A stretch of 64,000 nt of DNA from Deltaproteobacteria bacterium (GTDB lineage Bacteria > Myxococcota_A > Polyangia > Fen-1088), in NCBI GenBank assembly GCA_033763315.1, contig JANRKS010000031.1, positions 1 through 64,000 on the forward strand. The letters are read 5' to 3'. Both the position numbers and the translations under genes were made by a program. This document shows, piece after piece, positions 1 to 7,643 of this stretch (positions within the stretch are counted from its first letter, which is position 1; every line of letters starts with the position of its first letter). The notes under the pieces are model-generated. The model did not search any database. It was not told the origin of the DNA and saw nothing but the letters and a program-made list of their open reading frames with translations.

Positions 1-136
1 GACGTCTCAGACCTGAACGAATGTGCAACGGGTGTTGAAGTACTAGAGGGTCCGAATTGTGGCGGTGTTCCTGGCAAAACCACTCGGTTGCAACTCGGTC
101 GAATTCGCCCTCAAACTACGACCAAAGGCCGGCCTT

Positions 137-168
137 TAACACATATCGTACCGGGGCGATATGTGTTA
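137..168. repeat. Perfect 12-bp inverted repeat with 8-bp asymmetric spacer (TAACACATATCG-taccgggg-CGATATGTGTTA)
   Basis: Read directly; adjoins the 14-bp palindrome AAAGGCCGGCCTTT at 124-137. Confidence 0.85.
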
Positions 169-277
169 GCGGCCGATTTGACAGCGTATCGAAAACCCAA
201 AATGCGATCGTATGAAAAACACGCCATGGCCGCGGTGCCATCGTAATTCGTGCCCGCCCTCATCGTATGGTACTAAG

Positions 278-306
278 GGCGATACGACCCGAGGCGATAC
301 GACCCG
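278..306. repeat. Tandem direct repeat GGCGATACGACCCG x2 (period 15 bp)
   Basis: Exact copies at 278-291 and 293-306. Confidence 0.85.
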
Positions 307-502
307 CAGGGCCGTCTGGTCGTTGCTGACCTCGAATAAAGCACCGCCGCGCGGCACAGGTGGTGCAAGCGCGGCGGCGCTTGAAATACGATGTGCTTGG
401 GCGGATGGCTTCGGTGATGCCGTCGCGCGGTGGTAGAAGTTGAATGGGCCGCCAAACCTGAAACGGACTTTGACGGCCCGGTGTCGCTTTTGGCGACCAA
501 GC

Positions 503-524
503 CCCGAGGGAAAAACGAGGGAAT
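503..524. repeat. Direct repeat copy 1, CCCGAGGGAAAAACGAGGGAAT (candidate integrase arm-type site)
   Basis: 21/22 identical to 963-984; contains CGAGGGAA twice at 11-bp period. Confidence 0.75.
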
Positions 525-530
525 AACCTC

Positions 531-580
531 ACGCATTCTCGCCGATCCTCGCCGCTTTTCACACGTTCTCACGCATTCTC
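531..580. repeat. Five degenerate 10-bp phased repeats (ACGCATTCTC/GCCGATCCTC/GCCGCTTTTC/ACACGTTCTC/ACGCATTCTC)
   Basis: Read directly; first and fifth units identical; one helical-turn period. Confidence 0.7.
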
Positions 581-637
581 AACGAACGTAAACACGCGGA
601 ACCGTTGAAAATGCGGGGTTTAGCGACCGGGGAACGT

Positions 638-678
638 CACCTTGGCAAGGTGGCACTCTACCACTGAGTTACTCCCGC
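638..678 (-). pseudogene. 5' half of tRNA-Gly(GCC): acceptor 5' strand, D-arm and anticodon arm present; T-arm and 3' acceptor strand absent
   Basis: Minus strand GCGGGAG-TA-ACTC-AGTGGTA-GAGT-G-CCACC-TTGCCAA-GGTG, then diverges (no GTTCRANYC loop, no CTCCCGC). Confidence 0.85.
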
Positions 679-690
679 AGTGGGACGCCT

Positions 691-719
691 GGTTTACGAC
701 AGGACTTTGGGGCTGTCAA
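691..719 (-). promoter_or_regulatory. Sigma70-type promoter upstream of the tRNA-Gly fragment
   Basis: Minus strand TTGACA-N17-TAAACC ending 12 nt before tRNA position 1. Confidence 0.7.
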
Positions 720-962
720 CAGTTGCGGGTGTAGAAAAAGGATGGTTTCGCGGAGAACCAGCCGTGCGAGGTGAAAGTGGTGGGGCGGCAGGGCAAGTGG
801 ATGGATTTAAAGCGAATTTGCGGGGTCCGCGGGGACTTGAAATGCGGTGACCCTTGGGTGGTTGAAGGGGCGAAAGGGGGCAGGCGGAAAGGGGTTGAAG
901 AGAGGGCCTCTGATGGCCTTGAGGTGAGGCAGTGGTGGGGTGGCACTGTCGGCAATTCCGCG

Positions 963-984
963 CCCGAGGGAACAACGAGGGAAT
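963..984. repeat. Direct repeat copy 2, CCCGAGGGAACAACGAGGGAAT
   Basis: One mismatch to 503-524, same orientation, other side of the tRNA fragment. Confidence 0.75.
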
Positions 985-1138
985 CGCGGCCCCAAAAACG
1001 AAGAACCTTACACTCCCGCAAATCGAAGCTGCTTTGGCGGTCGTGAGGCTCGTTGCGCAACCGGGACCAAGTCGTTGCAGAAGCGTGCGGCGCCCTACAT
1101 GCCATGGACACGCCGGGGCGGGACACTCTTGCGGCAAG

Positions 1139-1975
1139 ATGCAGGTAAGCGCGTCCTATACACCTGTTGTACCGCTCGCTTCGGGCATGGGCACTATCTT
1201 GGTGCCGCAAGTGTCGCAAACCGTGAGCTCTGGCGTCAGCGATTCACTGGGAGCGTGGCGTGTACCGCGTAGGTTGGGTGAGCTGGCTTTGCGTTGTGCT
1301 CAGCCCCGGCCCATGCCATGGCCATGCGCGCCTGGCACGTCTGAACACCGTTTGCTGGCCGCCCAGCGCCTGCAGAAGCTCGCCATTGATTTGTGTCGCA
1401 GCCACGGGATTGCCATAGACGTTCAGGGGGTGGTCCCCGACAAGCCTGTGGTGATGGTTGCGAACCACGTGAGCTACGTGGATACCTTGGTGCTGCCATC
1501 GCTCGTGCCTGCGACATGTGTGGCCAAGAAGGAAGTGGCCGCTTGGCCGGGGGTTGGAGGTTTGGCCGCGAGCTTCGGAACATTGTTCGTGGAGCGAGGG
1601 AACCCTCATAGCGGCGCGGTGGCCCTGCGACAAGCGCTGCGCGCATTGTCCGCCGGTGTGAGCGTGATTGCTTTTCCGGAAGGCACAACGTCGCCGGGAG
1701 ATCGGCTGCTGCCTTTTCACCGTGGCATCTTTGGCCTCGCCATTTTGCAAAACGTGCCGGTCTTGCCCATCACTCTGACGTACAGCGATTCAAGTGTGGC
1801 GTGGGTCGGCGAAGATCCTTTCCTCAATCACTACCTGCGTGTGGCCTCGCGACGCGAGACGCGCGTGACGGTGCGTGTAGCCCCGCTTTTGAGCCCCCGC
1901 TTGTTTGGTGGCGCCCGGGCGCTGGCCAAAGCCGCGCAGCTCGTGATAGCCGAGGGCTTGCGACGGTCCCGCTAG
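1139..1975 (+). CDS. 1-acyl-sn-glycerol-3-phosphate (lysophospholipid) acyltransferase, PlsC family
   Basis: NHVSYVD (HX4D) and FPEGT motifs; start moved from 932 to ATG 1139 (uncertain). Confidence 0.88.
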   Translation: MQVSASYTPVVPLASGMGTILVPQVSQTVSSGVSDSLGAWRVPRRLGELALRCAQPRPMPWPCAPGTSEHRLLAAQRLQKLAIDLCRSHGIAIDVQGVVPDKPVVMVANHVSYVDTLVLPSLVPATCVAKKEVAAWPGVGGLAASFGTLFVERGNPHSGAVALRQALRALSAGVSVIAFPEGTTSPGDRLLPFHRGIFGLAILQNVPVLPITLTYSDSSVAWVGEDPFLNHYLRVASRRETRVTVRVAPLLSPRLFGGARALAKAAQLVIAEGLRRSR

Positions 1976-2057
1976 GAAGCCCCGACAACCGCACAGGATG
2001 GGAGGTTCAGGGCGCACTCAGGATTGTTTGCAAAGACCAAAGATTTTTTGGATCGAC

Positions 2058-2085
2058 TGTAACGGAAGCGGTGTCTCGCGGCACT
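2058..2085 (+). promoter_or_regulatory. Possible ECF-type promoter for the cupin gene
   Basis: TGTAAC-N17-GCACT 30 nt upstream of ATG 2116; an AAC-containing -35 is typical of ECF promoters; ECF gene adjacent. Confidence 0.35.
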
Positions 2086-2115
2086 TCCAGTCATCGAGAA
2101 AGGACAAAACCAATC

Positions 2116-2622
2116 ATGCCCGAGACTCAGCACCAAATTGAACCGTATCTGTGTCGAGCTGGCGACGCGGACCCTCGCTGGACTGGCGACTCATTCACCT
2201 ATTTTCTCGCGACTGGCGCATCGACCGGGGGCGCCTTCTGCCTTACCGACGAACACGCCAAGCGCGGCGAGGCTGTGCCGATGCACCGGCATAGAGGCGA
2301 CGTGGAGTCGTTCTATGTGCTGGATGGCGAAATCATGTACTTCATCGAAGGTCAACCGGGGGTGCTTGCGACGAAGGGTACCTTCGTTCATGTGCCGGCA
2401 GGCTCGGTGCATGGGTTTCGGATTGAATCTGAAACAGCTCGCTATTTGATTCTGACGACACCGCGGCATGGCGAATTTTATCAAGCCATCAGTCTGCCCT
2501 CGCGCGCGGGGGGACTTCCGCCGCTCTTTCCTATCGCAGCTGAAGCCATTGAAAGCGCTTGTGCTGCCTTCGACGTCGAATTCGTAGGGCCTTTGCCTGA
2601 GCAGATTAAGGATCGGCACTGA
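2116..2622 (+). CDS. Cupin domain protein (quercetin dioxygenase-like cupin_2)
   Basis: PMHRH..E.FYVLDGE and VPAGSVHGF cupin motifs; AAAGGA SD before ATG 2116. Confidence 0.85.
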   Translation: MPETQHQIEPYLCRAGDADPRWTGDSFTYFLATGASTGGAFCLTDEHAKRGEAVPMHRHRGDVESFYVLDGEIMYFIEGQPGVLATKGTFVHVPAGSVHGFRIESETARYLILTTPRHGEFYQAISLPSRAGGLPPLFPIAAEAIESACAAFDVEFVGPLPEQIKDRH

Positions 2623-2672
2623 GCCGCGAACGCGCTGATTGGCAGGCTGCGGTATCGTGTATTATCGCCACC

Positions 2673-3260
2673 GTGAAGGGCGAAAATCCAACCCGGCCCA
2701 GCGATGCCATTCTTGTCGCCAGGATCGAGCAAGACCGTGACCGCCCTCAAGCCGAGGCTGAGCTGTGCGCCCGGTTCCGGCAGCGGGTCTATCTTTACGG
2801 GGTGAGGCATCTTCACAGCGCGTCTGATGCGGAGGACCTTACTCACGATGTCCTAGCGAAGGTTATAGAACGAGTGCGCGCTGGCGGCATGAACGAACCC
2901 GAAAAGTTGGGTTCGTTCGTGCTGGGCGTGTGCAGGACGCTGCTCCATGAGCGGTGGCGCATCGAATCGAGGCGGACGAAAATTCTCGCGAAATACGGTG
3001 ATACGCGCGCGGCAGCAGCCGACGCGTCCACTTCCGAACCGGAAGCGTCGACGGCGTTGCTTCCGCGCGTTCGCTCCTGCCTTGAGCGCTTAGGCGACCG
3101 CGACCGTACGGTGCTGCTGCTTTCCTTCTATGCCGAGCTCGATGCCACCGCGCTTGCACGGGAGCTAGCCATTGAGGCAACTCACGTTCGAGTGATTCGA
3201 CACCGCGCTCTTGGTCGTTTGCGCGCCTGCGTAGAGGCCCTTGAGGAGCTAGCGAAATGA
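2673..3260 (+). CDS. ECF RNA polymerase sigma factor
   Basis: DAEDLTHDV region 2; region 4 L..L.DRDR..LLL.FY...VRVIRHRALGRLR. Confidence 0.9.
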   Translation: MKGENPTRPSDAILVARIEQDRDRPQAEAELCARFRQRVYLYGVRHLHSASDAEDLTHDVLAKVIERVRAGGMNEPEKLGSFVLGVCRTLLHERWRIESRRTKILAKYGDTRAAAADASTSEPEASTALLPRVRSCLERLGDRDRTVLLLSFYAELDATALARELAIEATHVRVIRHRALGRLRACVEALEELAK

Positions 3261-3820
3261 ATTCCACCACTCACCTCGACGCCGCTTGTTTGCTCGACTA
3301 CTACCTGGGCGATTCGACGATGAGCGATCACGAAACCGAGGAGCACCTTTTCGTCTGCACAGAATGTGGCGCCCTACTAGACTCGATTCATCGAGTTGGG
3401 GTGGCGATAGTCGAACTTGTGCGCACGGGCGAGGTGGGCTCGGGAGCAACAACCGCGCTGCTCAACCGGATGTCACGCGACCGCTTGAATCTCCGTCATT
3501 ACATCCTTGAACCCGGCGCGACCGTGGCATGCACCGTGGCCACCGACGATCACTTTCTCGTGGGCCGCTTTATCCTTCCCGATGGCGCCCTTGGACGCAT
3601 CGATTTGCGAGTCGTCGATGCGGGCGGCATTGAGCTTACCCGAATCGATGACATCACTGTGGATGCCCAACGGCGTGAGGCCATTATATTCCTGCCGGCC
3701 CAGCCAATTCAGGAAGAGGCGTCTGGGGTCACACAGTATGTCTTGGTTAGCCCTGGAAGTGAGGGCGACGTGGAGCTGGCGCGGTACTCGATCGACCATA
3801 CCTCACCACGTGAAGTGTGA
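3257..3820 (+). CDS. Zinc-binding anti-sigma factor (ZAS/zf-HC2) with unknown soluble C-terminal domain
   Basis: EEHLFVCTEC (HxxxCxxC); ATGA overlap with the ECF gene; no obvious TM segment. Confidence 0.8.
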   Translation: MNSTTHLDAACLLDYYLGDSTMSDHETEEHLFVCTECGALLDSIHRVGVAIVELVRTGEVGSGATTALLNRMSRDRLNLRHYILEPGATVACTVATDDHFLVGRFILPDGALGRIDLRVVDAGGIELTRIDDITVDAQRREAIIFLPAQPIQEEASGVTQYVLVSPGSEGDVELARYSIDHTSPREV

Positions 3821-4011
3821 GGCGGGTGTGCCGCTCAATAGCTGCGACACATTGTATCACTGTGTGACACTCGACGAAGAAATCAATCTGTCCCTTGCTC
3901 CCCCGTGTGCGGATCTGATACACGGGAGTTCAAGCGCAACAACGCGGTTCCAGGGGCGCGCAACCTGGGCCGCTGCTTTTGCGAAGGCCCCAATATTCGG
4001 AGGCTTTCGGG

Positions 4012-5436
4012 ATGTCATTTCAGGTTCGTGGGTTTGCTTGTTCTTTGCGCAAGCGCTGGGCTATTTGCGCCGGTGTGGCAGTCACTGTTTTGGGCGCGGC
4101 ATTGGGCGCGTGTGATGGACGCGGCCGCACCGAAGAAGATGACGCCACCATCACTTTAGCGGTATCAGCGGTTCCAACGGACGTTCAGTGTTTGCAGGTG
4201 ACCGTTGCCGGAGGAAGTCGAAGCGTGGTTCGATTGTTGCCCACAACTGTGGGCGCTTCGTTGAATGCCAGTCTTTCCGGTTTGCCCACCGGTCCGGTTT
4301 CGATTTCTTTGCAAGGTTTTCCTGTGGCCTGTGCAGGGGTGGCCCCCGGGGTTGAAGCAACGTGGGTGAGCGATCTGCTTTCGTTCACGTTGGTTCGCGG
4401 GCAGCCGGTTGCGGTGAAAGTCTCCATGCGAGAAAACGGCCGCATCAATTTGGAGGTGGACTTCATCTTCGATTTGGCACCAGATGCGGGCGCCCCCACC
4501 CCGCGGTTGGCTTTGTGTGAGCACGTTTCAAATCGATTGGGCCAGCGTTACTACTGTGTCAACGAGATCCCCGGCGCCACCTACGAATGGACCAGCGTTC
4601 TAAACGGAATGATCACGCCGCTTGCCAGCACCAGCCAGTGCAGCCCTCAAGGTATCATCCTTGCTGGCGCGACGTTGCAAGTTGTAGCTACCCTCAACGG
4701 TGTGCAATCAAGTCCGCTTGAGATTCCGTTTGCCACACTGCCACCCGCGCCGCTCGATCCCTTGTGCGTCGGAGCGCCCGATGCCTCCGTTCCGGACGCG
4801 CCACAAGCTGACGCCTCAACAAAAATTGCTCTTGGTGGCGCGTGCGCGGCCGGTGTTGATTGCCAAAGCGGCTTTTGCGTAAATGGCGTGTGCACGGATC
4901 GAGCTTGCGATGGCACATGCGAATCACCCAACGCGGCCGGAAACTGTCGTCCCCTGGTGGCAGGAACGCTGTGCCGTGCGTCCGCAGGGCTTTGCGATCC
5001 AGCAGAGTTTTGCGATGGCGTGTCGCCTGCGTGTGGGAATGACTACTATGCAAGCCCCGCACTCGTTTGCCGAGCCGCCTCGGGAATCTGCGACGTGGCT
5101 GACCGATGCACGGGCATCTCCCCCGATTGTCCTGATGCAAAGGCACCTGCTGAAACAAGCTGCGGCAGCGGCGTCACCTGCGACGGCCTTGGGGTTTGTG
5201 TCTCGCCTCGCCTCGCACTAGGTGCAAGCTGTGCATCAAACGCTTCATGCGCTTCAAACTTCTGTGTTGATGGCGTGTGTTGCAACACTTCGTGCCAAGG
5301 TGGTGGGGCTGCCGGCCGCTGCGTCAGTTGCGCTGGGGCAGCGACCCGAGGCACCTGCAGTCCTTCGCCAGCAGGCTTGTCATGCGGCGCGAACCGAACA
5401 TGCGATGGCCTTGGGATGTGCCTGAGCGCGCCCTGA
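4012..5436 (+). CDS. Cysteine-rich lipoprotein with myxobacterial Cys repeats and disintegrin-like repeats
   Basis: Lipobox ALGAC; two C-x5-C-x-S-x-FCV-x-GVC repeats; two CR-x5-CD-x4-C-x-G-x-SP-x-C repeats; start uncertain (3979/4012/4045). Confidence 0.75.
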   Translation: MSFQVRGFACSLRKRWAICAGVAVTVLGAALGACDGRGRTEEDDATITLAVSAVPTDVQCLQVTVAGGSRSVVRLLPTTVGASLNASLSGLPTGPVSISLQGFPVACAGVAPGVEATWVSDLLSFTLVRGQPVAVKVSMRENGRINLEVDFIFDLAPDAGAPTPRLALCEHVSNRLGQRYYCVNEIPGATYEWTSVLNGMITPLASTSQCSPQGIILAGATLQVVATLNGVQSSPLEIPFATLPPAPLDPLCVGAPDASVPDAPQADASTKIALGGACAAGVDCQSGFCVNGVCTDRACDGTCESPNAAGNCRPLVAGTLCRASAGLCDPAEFCDGVSPACGNDYYASPALVCRAASGICDVADRCTGISPDCPDAKAPAETSCGSGVTCDGLGVCVSPRLALGASCASNASCASNFCVDGVCCNTSCQGGGAAGRCVSCAGAATRGTCSPSPAGLSCGANRTCDGLGMCLSAP

Positions 5437-5540
5437 TGGTGGGAATCAAGCGTGTCGAGCAGTTCGATGAGGATCTAGGGTGGGTGATGTCTCAGGCATT
5501 GGCGGCGCGAATGCCCTTTGAGTGCGAGCTCGTCGCGGCG

Positions 5541-6080
5541 TCACGATGAGAACAAGCTGTTCTGCGCACCGTATGCCATGAAGGATTGGCGCCCAATCTT
5601 GTTGCCTTCAGGGTCGAAATAAATCGGCATCATGCCAGCGTTGTCCACCACGCAGTCGACGGGTACGTTCACGTCCGGCATCGCCATGATTTGCGTGGCG
5701 ATATAGCAGCGAGTTATGCGTGCCATTTTCACACACAACTCCTGCGCGCCAGCACTGCCACCGATGTTGCATGCTGCGAACCAGATCACGCGAAGAGTGA
5801 AAATGCTGTAGATGGGCTTCATGAAATGCACGTTGTCTTTGGTGATCGTGGTTCCAATGGCCAAATGAGCGGGATAGGTGGCTTTATCCTCGAAGCCGTG
5901 ACAGTTGAAAATCAGGTGGTTAACGCTTTGGGGGACCTGCGTCTTGATCATCTGGTCTGAAGGCGTCCCTGCCTTGATGACCGGCGAATACTTGACCTTC
6001 ATTCGGTACTTTACGTTGTCAGCATTGAGCGCCACAGAGGGGCCGCGTAGCCGAAGATAGCGAATTGCCGGTTTGCTCAC
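5541..6080 (-). CDS. Hypothetical protein with His-Gly/Cys motif pair (caspase/DUF4347-like fold possible)
   Basis: Fills the gap between genes; AAAGGA SD before GTG 6080; LIFNCHG and WFAACNIG motifs. Confidence 0.65.
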   Translation of the reverse strand: MSKPAIRYLRLRGPSVALNADNVKYRMKVKYSPVIKAGTPSDQMIKTQVPQSVNHLIFNCHGFEDKATYPAHLAIGTTITKDNVHFMKPIYSIFTLRVIWFAACNIGGSAGAQELCVKMARITRCYIATQIMAMPDVNVPVDCVVDNAGMMPIYFDPEGNKIGRQSFMAYGAQNSLFSS

Positions 6081-6182
6081 GTTAGATCCTTTCGGCCACC
6101 ATTGCACAACGGCAGCTTCCGGTTCACAAACACGACACCTAGATTTTCTGGGAACTTAGGTTCTGCGAATAATCATCGGTGT

Positions 6183-7643
6183 TCACCCCGGTGGGGCCAC
6201 AAGGGCTCCGCGGGTGCTGATGATTTTCGCGTAGTGCTTGGCCGAATCTTTGAGCGTGCGTTTTTGTGTGGCGTAGTCCACGTGGATCAACCCGAACCTT
6301 GCTTTGTAGCCCTCGGCCCACTCGAAATTGTCGAGCAGCGACCAATGAAAATAACCCCGCACATCCACTCCGTCACGGCGAGCTAGGGCCAGTTGCTTCA
6401 AATAACGATTGATGAAGTCAACGCGCTGAGGATCGTGAACGGCGCCGTCTTCTGAAACCCAGTCGAGGTTGGGCATGCCGTTTTCGGTGATGATGATGGG
6501 TGTTTTATAGCGATCGTAGAAGAACTTAGGCCCCCAATAAAGAACCTCAGGCACGATCTGCCAGTCCAGCTGATTCGTTGGAAAGCCATCGGGGAAGTTC
6601 ACGTACTCGACGTGCCCCTCCTTCGCTTGGCGAAAGTAGGCGCCGAAATAAAGGTTCAAGCCCAGAAAATCGAGAGGCTGTTTTACCTCCTGCAGATCGT
6701 TCTCGAAACTTGGTGGCAAATGTTTGCCGAACAGCGCCAGCCCGTCATCCGGGTAGGCGCCGCGAAACAAGGGATCGCATTGCCAAGTGGCGGCCTGAAT
6801 TTCGTTTTTGGCCACCGAGAAGAATGACTTTCGCGTGGCCTCGATGTCGCTGGCTTTCCCTGTGGCCGGCACCTTGATCCAACTCGCGGCGGCGATGCCA
6901 ACCGTGGGCTTTGTTTTTGAGGACGCGCGAATGGCCAACGCGGCCTTGCCGTGCGCGCGCAAAACGTTGTGAGCCACCTGCACCACTTCTCCGATGGCAA
7001 GCTTGTCACCCGGAGCGTGTTTGCCTTCTAGATGGCCCAGCGGAATGAACACTTGGGGCTCGTTCAAAGTCATCCAGTGTTTAACGCGATCTGAAAGGCG
7101 CGCGACGACGGCCTCTGTGTATTCAGCAAACCACGAAGCGCTGTCACGGTTCAGCCAGCCGCCTTGCCGGTATAGCGCCAGCGGCATGTCCCAGTGGTAA
7201 AGCGTCACGTAGGGCACGATGCTAGCGGTCAATAGGGCATCTGTGAGGCGATCGTAAAAATCAAGGCCCGAGGCGTTCGCGGGCACTCGGCCGTTGGGGC
7301 ACACGCGCGACCACGAGATCGAATAGCGATAGGCCTGCAGCCCGATCTGCTTCATCAAGCCAACGTCGCCCTTGAAGCGGTTGTAGTGATCTGCCGCCAC
7401 GTCCCCGCGTTGGCCTCGAAACACGGCGTCGGGCTTGCGAACAAACATGTCCCATATGGAAGGTCCCCGGCCGTCGGCGGCAACGGCGCCTTCCACTTGG
7501 TATGCCGATGTGGCGGCGCCCCATACGAAGTCTTTGGGAAACGTATGGGTCGCGGTTTTACCGTGGGCGGCCTGGCTGCGAGAACCAACAAGCGCTGCCG
7601 CGCTGGCCAGAACGCCTCGACGCGACAGCAGAGGCGGCTTCAT
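6183..7643 (-). CDS. GH1 beta-glucosidase with Tat signal
   Basis: FVWGAATSAYQVEG, TLNEP (acid/base), ITENG (nucleophile), DNFEWAEG; SRRGVL signal. Confidence 0.95.
   Translation of the reverse strand: MKPPLLSRRGVLASAAALVGSRSQAAHGKTATHTFPKDFVWGAATSAYQVEGAVAADGRGPSIWDMFVRKPDAVFRGQRGDVAADHYNRFKGDVGLMKQIGLQAYRYSISWSRVCPNGRVPANASGLDFYDRLTDALLTASIVPYVTLYHWDMPLALYRQGGWLNRDSASWFAEYTEAVVARLSDRVKHWMTLNEPQVFIPLGHLEGKHAPGDKLAIGEVVQVAHNVLRAHGKAALAIRASSKTKPTVGIAAASWIKVPATGKASDIEATRKSFFSVAKNEIQAATWQCDPLFRGAYPDDGLALFGKHLPPSFENDLQEVKQPLDFLGLNLYFGAYFRQAKEGHVEYVNFPDGFPTNQLDWQIVPEVLYWGPKFFYDRYKTPIIITENGMPNLDWVSEDGAVHDPQRVDFINRYLKQLALARRDGVDVRGYFHWSLLDNFEWAEGYKARFGLIHVDYATQKRTLKDSAKHYAKIISTRGALVAPPG

Noticed and set aside
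603-678. Intact tRNA-Gly(GCC)
   Set aside because: No T-arm consensus, no full CTCCCGC acceptor strand and no CCA; only the 5' 41 nt fit.
1012-1020. ACTCCCGCA match to the tRNA 5' end as a second att copy
   Set aside because: Only 9 bp and does not reach the anticodon region; could be chance.
166-1137. Short ORFs over the left non-coding region and the 932-1138 extension of the acyltransferase
   Set aside because: No recognisable motifs; they overlap the tRNA fragment, promoter and repeats.
3843-3870. Phased GACAC/ATCAC repeats upstream of the Cys-rich lipoprotein
   Set aside because: Too short and degenerate to call an operator.
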